The translations under genes and the position numbers were made by a program. From Oscillospiraceae bacterium (GTDB lineage: Bacteria > Bacillota > Clostridia > Oscillospirales > CAG-272), in NCBI GenBank assembly GCA_015065075.1, contig SVRA01000001.1, positions 12,234-76,233 on the forward strand: a stretch of 64,000 bases of DNA, given 5' to 3'. Position 1 is the first letter of the stretch, and the number at the start of each line of letters is the position of its first letter. Positions 36,077-44,049 of the stretch are shown in pieces. The notes beneath the pieces are model-generated. The model made no database searches. It saw only the letters and a list, made by a program, of their open reading frames with translations, and was not told where the DNA came from.

Positions 36077-38833
36077 ATGAACAGATCAAAATTGATTATC
36101 ATACTTAGCGCGGCTATACTTTGTGTAGTGACGGTATTGTGCGTGATGCTGGTGATGATATTTCCGAGCTTGACCGAAAACGTAAACAAGCTGGTGTTTG
36201 AGTCGGAAAGCTGTGAGAGCTATTACGACGGAACCGCTTTAACGGGTACTAAGTGGTCGTTGGTTTCGGGAGAGCTGAAGCCGGGACACACCGCCCAGGT
36301 AACCCTTTCGGGCAGTCAACGCTACGTGGGAACGACACCGAATCTTATGCAGATCGTAATAGTTGATTCCAACGGAAAAGACGTAACGTCACGATACAAT
36401 ATAGAGTGCAAACCGGGAACGCTGACTGTAAAGCCCGCCAATATAACGATCGTCAGTAACTCCAGGGCCAAGATATACGACGGCCAGCCGCTATTTGACG
36501 GTGGGTACATGTTGCTTCCCGAGGACGCGTTGCCGTCGGGGCACGTGTTGGACGTTGAAATAACGGGAAAAATAACCGAAATAGGTGAGACGGCGAATAC
36601 TATATCCCGTGTCGTCGTGTATGATGTTGGCGGAAAAGATATTTCCTTTAATTTCAACATCATTCCCGTTGAGGGACGCCTTGTCGTTTTGGATGAGGAC
36701 GACCCCAGACTCAATCTTGATATCAACAAGGACGGCATGCCCGACTTGAATATAGATTTTGACGGCGACCTGATTCCCGATCTGAATATAGATCTTAACG
36801 GAGATTTTTTATCAGACCTGAACATAGATCTTAACGGCGACCTTCTGGCTGATCTTAATATAGATCTTAACGGAGATATGCTGTCCGATCTTAATATAGA
36901 TCTTAACGGAGACAGATTATCTGATCTTAATATAGATCTCGACGGAGATAAGATTCCCGATTTGAATATAGATCTTGATGGAGATAAGATCCCTGACGTG
37001 AATATAGACGGTGACGGAGATAAGATACCCGACCTGAACATAGATATCGATGGGGATAAGCTTCCCGATGTGAACGTAGATATTGACGGTGACGGTATCC
37101 CGGATATAAACATCGACGGACTTGGCAACGGAAACAGTAATGGCAACGGGAACGGAAACGGAGGCTCGGGCAAACTCGACATCAGCGGAAATATCGGTTC
37201 GGGAGATTTGAACGGAGATGGAAAGAAGACCGTATGTTACAAAGTAACGTCGGACTCCACGGACAGGATATACCTCAAAGTAACTAATTTCGGAAGCTAT
37301 AACGGAAAACAGTGGTCGGCTGCCAAGCAGTACGACGAGCTTATATACGGTTCCTTCTCGGCTTCGTATCTGCCGTCGATAGCGATGCTCAATTCAGGCA
37401 GAATGCCGAGCAACGTATACGTTGAGGTGTTGAACGAGCAGGCGGTAGTGCCGTATTATTCATACGGATTGTTATGGAGTGAAAGCGACATTGCGGTTTC
37501 ATATCAGGATGAAAATTTGGAATTCGTTTGCTTTGGCGGAGGACATAGGGGCTTAACGACGCCTTACGATCTTTACGATTACGAGGAAAGATACAGAAGC
37601 TTTGTTTACGAAAATTATCTTGATATAGACCCTGATACGTTTGGGTATATGCAAAAGATAATCGAAGCAAACGGATTTTCCGCAAGCTCACCCGGTGTGA
37701 TAGAAGCGGTTGCCGAATATATTCAGCAATCCGCAAAATACGATCTCAAATACGACAGATCCCTCGATAAAGAGGACAATATAGTAGTCAAATTCCTTGA
37801 CGAATACAAGACGGGTATATGTCAGCATTATGCAAGCGCAGCGACGCTTTTGTACAGAGCTCTCGGAATACCCGCAAGATACACCGTGGGATTTGTTTGC
37901 GATGCCGTTGCGGGAAAGACCGTAGAGGTCACTGCAATGCAGGCACACGCTTGGGTAGAGGTTTATATAGACGGCTTGGGCTGGATATTCGTTGAAGTAA
38001 CGGGCTCGGACGGATCGGGTGATATTCAGGAAAATCCCAATAAGATCACCGTGACTCCATCAAGCTGCGAAAAGAGATACGACGGACAGCCGCTTGTGGC
38101 AGAAAACGAGATTCAGATGACTCCGGCGATTCTGAATCTGATCAATAATGGATACACCCTCGTTACCGTTGTTTCGGGAGAGAGGACCGACCCGGGCAAA
38201 TCCGAGAGCTTTATCGCGGATATTCGAATATACGATCCTTTTGGCGAGGACGTTACACACGAATTCCAGATCGAGCGCAAGACGGGTGTCGTGCACGTGT
38301 ATATAGGAGAGTTCTACTTCGCGAGTGAAACCGTTTCCAAGGAATACGACGGAACGGCGCTTGAGGGCGATCTGTCTAACCTTGTATATATGGGAGCGGA
38401 CTTCGACGCGACCAATTATACGTATCAAGCAACCCCGTCGATCTTGGCTAACATCAAAAACGTGGGAAGTACCCAAAACTCGTTCAATGTGAAAATATTC
38501 AACGAGAATAACGAAGACGTTACCGATATGTACAAGATCGTAAAGCAGTGGGGATCTCTGGAAATAGAACCGAGGAGCATTACCGTGACTGCGGGAAGCG
38601 CTACGGCGTCTTATACGGGAGAGCCACTCGTTTGTAATGATATCTTCGTTACAAGCGGAATACTGGTTGAAGAAGAATACATATTTGATTACGTTGTTGA
38701 GGGCTCACAGACAGACAGAGGCCGCTCCGACAATATAGTCAAGAGCATTACCATATACGATGCAAATGGTAACGACGTAACCCAGAATTACGCCATAGTC
38801 TTTGAAAAAGGTACGTTGAGAGTAACGAACTAA
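36077..38833 (+). CDS. membrane-anchored transglutaminase-like (Cys protease fold) surface protein with MBG (YGX-type) repeats and an acidic 9-aa repeat array
   Basis: 918 aa.
- N-terminal signal anchor.
- MBG-like modules ending ...YNIECKPGTLTVKP and ...NYAIVFEKGTLRVTN.
- TGase core GICQHYASAATLLYRALGIPARYTVGF...HAWVEVYIDGLGWIFVEVT, with the Cys codon at 37820. Confidence 0.85.
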   Translation: MNRSKLIIILSAAILCVVTVLCVMLVMIFPSLTENVNKLVFESESCESYYDGTALTGTKWSLVSGELKPGHTAQVTLSGSQRYVGTTPNLMQIVIVDSNGKDVTSRYNIECKPGTLTVKPANITIVSNSRAKIYDGQPLFDGGYMLLPEDALPSGHVLDVEITGKITEIGETANTISRVVVYDVGGKDISFNFNIIPVEGRLVVLDEDDPRLNLDINKDGMPDLNIDFDGDLIPDLNIDLNGDFLSDLNIDLNGDLLADLNIDLNGDMLSDLNIDLNGDRLSDLNIDLDGDKIPDLNIDLDGDKIPDVNIDGDGDKIPDLNIDIDGDKLPDVNVDIDGDGIPDINIDGLGNGNSNGNGNGNGGSGKLDISGNIGSGDLNGDGKKTVCYKVTSDSTDRIYLKVTNFGSYNGKQWSAAKQYDELIYGSFSASYLPSIAMLNSGRMPSNVYVEVLNEQAVVPYYSYGLLWSESDIAVSYQDENLEFVCFGGGHRGLTTPYDLYDYEERYRSFVYENYLDIDPDTFGYMQKIIEANGFSASSPGVIEAVAEYIQQSAKYDLKYDRSLDKEDNIVVKFLDEYKTGICQHYASAATLLYRALGIPARYTVGFVCDAVAGKTVEVTAMQAHAWVEVYIDGLGWIFVEVTGSDGSGDIQENPNKITVTPSSCEKRYDGQPLVAENEIQMTPAILNLINNGYTLVTVVSGERTDPGKSESFIADIRIYDPFGEDVTHEFQIERKTGVVHVYIGEFYFASETVSKEYDGTALEGDLSNLVYMGADFDATNYTYQATPSILANIKNVGSTQNSFNVKIFNENNEDVTDMYKIVKQWGSLEIEPRSITVTAGSATASYTGEPLVCNDIFVTSGILVEEEYIFDYVVEGSQTDRGRSDNIVKSITIYDANGNDVTQNYAIVFEKGTLRVTN
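36710..37120 (+). repeat. about 14 tandem 27-bp (9-aa) repeats encoding DLNIDLNGDxLx / DxDGD acidic loops
   Basis: The repeat is visible at both DNA and protein level, for example cttaatatagatcttaacggagat. It is followed by a (GN)n linker at 37121-37165. Confidence 0.9.
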
Positions 38834-38859
38834 CGAAAGTATAGATAGGGCAGGTTTTT

Positions 38860-41800
38860 ATGCAATACGATAATTATCAAAAAAAGATAGATAAGGTTGC
38901 CTCTTTTATGAGGTGTATCTTCAAGCATATAGTGAAGATAAGTATAGCTGTAGCCATGATTGTGGTTGCAACTATAACCGTTCTCGCTACTAAAGGAATA
39001 ATTATTAGTGACGGCGCCTGCCCGAAGACTATGGTTTATGGCGAAAAAATGTCGCGCAATTCCAAAGCGTTTCTTTCCTCGGTAAAGTATGAGTACTGCG
39101 CCTACGGCACGAGCGACTGGAGCACCGAAGAGCCCGTTATGCCGGGTAAATATAACGTGCGTACGGTTTCTAACGCCTCCTTTGGCGCTAAAAGGTACGG
39201 AAAGGTAGAAACCTTTACTATTATGCCAAAGAGCATAACCGTGTATCCTTGTGACACCGTGGTATACGGCGATGATCTGATGCCGACGGCAGAGCTTGAG
39301 AGGGGAGATAACTTTTCCTCGTGCGATTTCGACGTTTTGAGTATAAGTACAGATAGTATGAAGATGTCGGCTATTGCGGATGCTTCAAGCGTGGTTATAG
39401 TCGATTCGGAGGGCAACGACGTAACGGCAGCGTACGATGTTTCGGTTTCGGTGGGCGATTCGAGGATAACGAAGCGTCCCTTGGCTTTGGAGATCGGTAG
39501 CAAAATTGCGGAATATGACGGAAATGAGTTGATATGTGAAGAATATCAGATAACCGAGGGAAGCGTAGTCAAGGGAAATCGCCTTGAGCTTGTTTTTGAC
39601 GACTATGTGCTGGACGTCGGCACGGTTTCAAACGATCCTATCATCAGTTTGACCGATAAAGACGGCAACGACGTGAGAAATTTTTACGAGTTGTCTATCA
39701 AAAGCGGAAGCTTGACACTGACGCCCCGTGATATTACGGTATCTACCAAGAGCAGGGAATTCACTTATGACGGACAACCGCACAGAGTGTTAGACATTAA
39801 GGTGTCAAACGGCACGCTTGTTGCAGGCCACTCTTTATTGTCTGGAAAGGCGACGGAGGTGGTAAATGCAGGCGAATACGAGAACGAAGTTTCGGCGTCT
39901 GTTATTGATTCGGATGGCAGAGACGTGACGCAAAATTATATCATTTCCTACGATTACGGAAAGTTGACGGTAAATAAAAGACCGATAACCATTACTACGG
40001 CAAGTGCAGAGTTCTTTTATGATGGAACTTATCACAGTGAACCTTTCACCTATAGTGATAATCTGGCTGTAGATCACGTGATCAGACCTGTTTTCCAGGT
40101 AGTAGGTTCTGATGTTGATGAAGATGCGGAGCCTGAGATCAGAAACGTAGGATCGATTTCCAATGCTTTTGACTGTCGTATTCTGGACGTTGTATATTAT
40201 GACGTTACCGACAACTACGAAATAACCTACGAATATGGAACTATTACAATTGTTCCGCGTCCTATAATAATACGTACCCATAGTTTAAGCGTTATGTACG
40301 ACGGTGAAGAGCACAGTGCCCCCGATTTTGAAATATTTTTGGATCTTGATAGGGACGGAAAGCCGGACGGAACATATGAGGTAGACGAGCCGTGGATAGA
40401 TGAAGTTTATCCTGACATAGACGTAGATTATCCTGGAATAAACGTAGATGACAGTGTGATCAACGACATACCTGGCGACGATGTTTATTTCTATTACTAC
40501 GGTATTCCGGCAACCGATGCCGTAACCTTAGTGTCATATACTACCATAACCGATGTGGGAGAGCTAAAGAACGTCGTCGAAATAGATATATCGAGCGATC
40601 TCGATTCGGGTATGGAAAACTACGAGATAACGTACGAATACGGTACTCTTGAAGTCACCAAACGTCCCATAACCGTAAAGCCCACGGACGTACAGGTGAT
40701 TTATAACGGACAATCTCAGGGTGGAGTGGATGTTGAGGTAGCGTATTGGTCGACACAGCTTGTAAACGGACACGCTTTGAAATTTGACGGTATAATATCC
40801 GGCTCTCGCATTGACGCAGGATACGAGCAACTTTCCCTCATCGGAGAATGCTTCGTATTCAACGGAGATCAGGATATATCCTATAACTATGATGTTACCT
40901 TTGAAACGGGAACTCTGGAGATCCTGCGCCGTCCCATATACGTATACACGGGAAGCAGTGAAAAGATGTACGACGGTACTTGGCTGACCGACTCTAGGTA
41001 CAGCGTGTGGGATCCGGTATTTGATAATGTGGTCCCTTGGTCTTCGTGGATTACGACTGACGCGGAGCCGTTTACGGACGAGATAGGTTTAGAGTATTAT
41101 GATCTTGTAGCAGGTCACGAGCTTATTCTTACCACCGACGGTATGATAATCGACGTGGGAACGGTTGAAAACACTGTATCTGAGTATAGCATTTTATCGG
41201 GTGATGACGATGTCACTCACAACTACGACATTTACTTTGATTACGGCGAATTGACGATCACCCCGAGAAAAATAACCGTAGCGACTGCAACTAATTCGTG
41301 GATATACGACGATACCGTGCACGAAGATCTTAATTTTGAGGTGGTATCGGAGATCGACCTCGTGGGATCGCACTCGTTGTATATGTACAACTATACTTCC
41401 ATTGAAAATGCGGGTACGGTGGATAACGTTCTTGACTTTTGGGTGGTCGATGAGAACGGATGGGATATCTCCTACAACTATGAGATAACCTACGAATACG
41501 GAACGCTTACCGTTGTCCCGAGACCTATAACGGTGCAGACGGATTCAATGTCGTGGGTGTATGAGGACGTATATTTCGCGTATGACTCTTTCAGCATAAC
41601 GGATGGCGAGATAATTTGGTATCATAGTTATTGGCCTGTAGATGTTGCAAGCATTCGTGACGTCGGATCCTGTGATAACGTTATCAAGATAGAGATATAT
41701 GACGGTGAAGAGAACGTCACGGGCAATTACAACATATCCTACGATTACGGAACCTTGTCTGTAACTCCCCGACACATAACGGTTACCTCGGGCTCGAGAT

Positions 41801-43854
41801 CGAAAGTATATAACGGAAGAACGTGGTCATACGAGGAATACGAGGTATCGGGTGACGGACTTGTCGAGTCGCATTTATCCTTGGTCGTTAACAGCACGTC
41901 GGTATGTGAGGTAACGGTCGTACCTAACGAGCTTGAAATACTTATATTCAACCTTGAGGGCGACGTTACGAAGAATTATGAGATAACGTACGTATACGGA
42001 ACGCTTGAGGTCCTTGAAGGGCAAGAGCCCGGCGGTCCCGGCGGTCCTGACGGCCCAGGTGACGATACTGGTGACGATACGGGAGACGACTCCGGAGACG
42101 GTTCCGGTGGCGGCTCGGGCGTGGGAAAGCTTGATTTGAGTGGAAAGATAAACGGCGGCCCTCTTGGCGGCGGTGAAGGCGAAGGTGAGATTTTGCCCTC
42201 GTATATAATCTGGTCTGCAAAGAACGGTATAATGTATTTGAGAGTAAAGAGCTTTGGCGATTATAACGGAAACGGCTTTGATGAAGCAGAAGAATATTCC
42301 GCTATGATAGACTCCAAATATTCGGCATTGTATCTCTCCTCCATAGCTCTTATGGAAAGCGGAAATTCGTCCGATATTATCAAGATAAAATCCTTGAACG
42401 GTCAGTACGTGTTGCCGTATTATGCAAATCCGTTTGTTGACGGCATCGTTCAAACGAGCGACGTTATCGTACCTGAAATGACGAATGGACATTATCAGCT
42501 TGACGTATACACTCTCGAAAATATTGGAGATCTGAGTCTTACGGAGGCGTACGCGAGCTATGAGAGGGAATACCGTGAATTCGTATATCAAAATTATCTT
42601 GCTATAGATGACGAAACGCTGGAATATATGCGTGGACTTATTGAAAGCTATGGCTTTAATAAGTATTCACCGAGTGTTATCCACGACGTTGCAAACTATA
42701 TAGCAAACTCTGCAATATACGATATGGAATATGACAGAGCGCTTGATCAGAGTGATAACGTAGTAATTGCCTTCCTTGAGGCGTATAAGAGCGGAATATG
42801 CCAGCATTACGCCGCATCTGCGGTCATGCTGTATCGCGCGTTGGGTATTCCTGCAAGATATACGATAGGATATGCCGCAAATGCCCGTGAGAATGAGTGG
42901 ACGTTGGTCACCGGCATGGAAGCGCACGCGTGGGTAGAGATCTATCTTGACGGAATCGGCTGGATAATGGTAGAGGTCACGGGCTCGGGTAACGATTTCG
43001 GTGAAATGCCTGAACCTCCCACAGAAAACACCATCGTGATAACCCCCTCGTATCAGTACAAGGAATACGACGGAACTCCGCTTTACGCGGCTAACGAGAT
43101 ATCCGTGCCCTTCGAACTTCTTGAGCTTCTTGATCAGGGATATACTTACGAAGTAGTGGTTAACGGTCAGCAGACCGAGGTCGGTATGGGTAAAAGCTAT
43201 ATACAAAGCTTTGTTCTGTACGATCCGTACGGAAACGACGTTACGGCTGATTTTGATATAAGGTATGAGAATGGAACGTTGGCTGTCGCATACAAAACGG
43301 TTAAGATCCTCTTGTATAAGCTTCAGAAATACTATGACGGAACGCCTCTTACCTTTACCGATGAGGACTATGAGTATATAACCCAGCCTCCTGAGGGTAT
43401 GACGATCGATATAAACGTAAATATATCACTTACAGACGCGGGATATCTTACGATGTCTGACATAAACAACAATATAGACGAGTACATCACGTATACGGTG
43501 TATATAAACGGCGTTCGGACGGAAGGTGTATTGTTGGTGGTAGACGTATATGAGGGAATGAGTCAGGACTACGTGCCTATCAGAATAGACCGAGTTGACT
43601 TGGAGCTGACGTCGGCAAGTATGTCAAAGGATTATGACGGAGAGGCGCTTGTATATGATAAGGTTTATATATCCAAGGGAACCCTTGCAAACGGTGACGT
43701 GCTTGAAGCGCACGCATCGGGTATGATAATCGACAAGGGAAGGACTGAAAATATCATCTTTGAGGAAGACGTTCGTATTATCAATAGGGATGGAGAGGAC
43801 GTTACCGATAATTATAATATTACGCTGATATTCGGAAGTCTCATGGTACAATAG
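38860..43854 (+). CDS. giant membrane-anchored transglutaminase-like surface protein with at least 12 MBG (YGX-type) repeats
   Basis: 1664 aa.
- TM anchor (ISIAVAMIVVATITVLA).
- Ten N-terminal modules ending NYEITYEYGTLTVxPRPIT.
- G/P/D-rich linker.
- TGase core GICQHYAASAVMLYRALGIPARYTIGY...HAWVEIYLDGIGWIMVEVT, with the Cys codon at 42799.
- Further C-terminal modules. Confidence 0.85.
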   Translation: MQYDNYQKKIDKVASFMRCIFKHIVKISIAVAMIVVATITVLATKGIIISDGACPKTMVYGEKMSRNSKAFLSSVKYEYCAYGTSDWSTEEPVMPGKYNVRTVSNASFGAKRYGKVETFTIMPKSITVYPCDTVVYGDDLMPTAELERGDNFSSCDFDVLSISTDSMKMSAIADASSVVIVDSEGNDVTAAYDVSVSVGDSRITKRPLALEIGSKIAEYDGNELICEEYQITEGSVVKGNRLELVFDDYVLDVGTVSNDPIISLTDKDGNDVRNFYELSIKSGSLTLTPRDITVSTKSREFTYDGQPHRVLDIKVSNGTLVAGHSLLSGKATEVVNAGEYENEVSASVIDSDGRDVTQNYIISYDYGKLTVNKRPITITTASAEFFYDGTYHSEPFTYSDNLAVDHVIRPVFQVVGSDVDEDAEPEIRNVGSISNAFDCRILDVVYYDVTDNYEITYEYGTITIVPRPIIIRTHSLSVMYDGEEHSAPDFEIFLDLDRDGKPDGTYEVDEPWIDEVYPDIDVDYPGINVDDSVINDIPGDDVYFYYYGIPATDAVTLVSYTTITDVGELKNVVEIDISSDLDSGMENYEITYEYGTLEVTKRPITVKPTDVQVIYNGQSQGGVDVEVAYWSTQLVNGHALKFDGIISGSRIDAGYEQLSLIGECFVFNGDQDISYNYDVTFETGTLEILRRPIYVYTGSSEKMYDGTWLTDSRYSVWDPVFDNVVPWSSWITTDAEPFTDEIGLEYYDLVAGHELILTTDGMIIDVGTVENTVSEYSILSGDDDVTHNYDIYFDYGELTITPRKITVATATNSWIYDDTVHEDLNFEVVSEIDLVGSHSLYMYNYTSIENAGTVDNVLDFWVVDENGWDISYNYEITYEYGTLTVVPRPITVQTDSMSWVYEDVYFAYDSFSITDGEIIWYHSYWPVDVASIRDVGSCDNVIKIEIYDGEENVTGNYNISYDYGTLSVTPRHITVTSGSRSKVYNGRTWSYEEYEVSGDGLVESHLSLVVNSTSVCEVTVVPNELEILIFNLEGDVTKNYEITYVYGTLEVLEGQEPGGPGGPDGPGDDTGDDTGDDSGDGSGGGSGVGKLDLSGKINGGPLGGGEGEGEILPSYIIWSAKNGIMYLRVKSFGDYNGNGFDEAEEYSAMIDSKYSALYLSSIALMESGNSSDIIKIKSLNGQYVLPYYANPFVDGIVQTSDVIVPEMTNGHYQLDVYTLENIGDLSLTEAYASYEREYREFVYQNYLAIDDETLEYMRGLIESYGFNKYSPSVIHDVANYIANSAIYDMEYDRALDQSDNVVIAFLEAYKSGICQHYAASAVMLYRALGIPARYTIGYAANARENEWTLVTGMEAHAWVEIYLDGIGWIMVEVTGSGNDFGEMPEPPTENTIVITPSYQYKEYDGTPLYAANEISVPFELLELLDQGYTYEVVVNGQQTEVGMGKSYIQSFVLYDPYGNDVTADFDIRYENGTLAVAYKTVKILLYKLQKYYDGTPLTFTDEDYEYITQPPEGMTIDINVNISLTDAGYLTMSDINNNIDEYITYTVYINGVRTEGVLLVVDVYEGMSQDYVPIRIDRVDLELTSASMSKDYDGEALVYDKVYISKGTLANGDVLEAHASGMIIDKGRTENIIFEEDVRIINRDGEDVTDNYNITLIFGSLMVQ

Positions 43855-43879
43855 TTCCTTGATCTATTTGAAAATATTT

Positions 43880-43918
43880 AAGAAAGCACCGTGGGCAATT
43901 GGCCTGCGGTGCTTTCTT
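43880..43918 (+). terminator. hairpin terminator closing the operon
   Basis: aagaaagcaccg ... cggtgctttctt, a 12-bp stem. The T-tract is weak. Confidence 0.55.
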
Positions 43919-43975
43919 AAATGGAAAATTTTTAAACCCGCGGTCTCTGTGGTTGCGGAATTTTTTGTAGAAGAG

Positions 43976-44004
43976 TTGACAGAGAGAAAAAATTTTGATA
44001 AAAT
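43976..44004 (+). promoter_or_regulatory. sigma-70 promoter (TTGACA-17-TAAAAT, TG-extended)
   Basis: ttgaca gagagaaaaaattttga taaaat, 45 nt upstream of the ATG at 44050. Confidence 0.55.
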
Positions 44005-44049
44005 GAATTTGTGGGGAATTAAACTTATGTTGAGATTGGAGGAACACAA

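Noticed and set aside
36322-37182. 286-aa minus-strand ORF rich in SPS/RSI repeats
   Set aside because: It is the antisense reading of the 27-bp tandem repeat array inside the TGase-like gene, so it is a repeat-generated artefact.
41875-42591. 238-aa minus-strand ORF, and similar antisense ORFs at 39835-40281, 42667-43206, 48996-49805 and 50460-51212
   Set aside because: All lie inside long, motif-supported plus-strand genes and have no start context.
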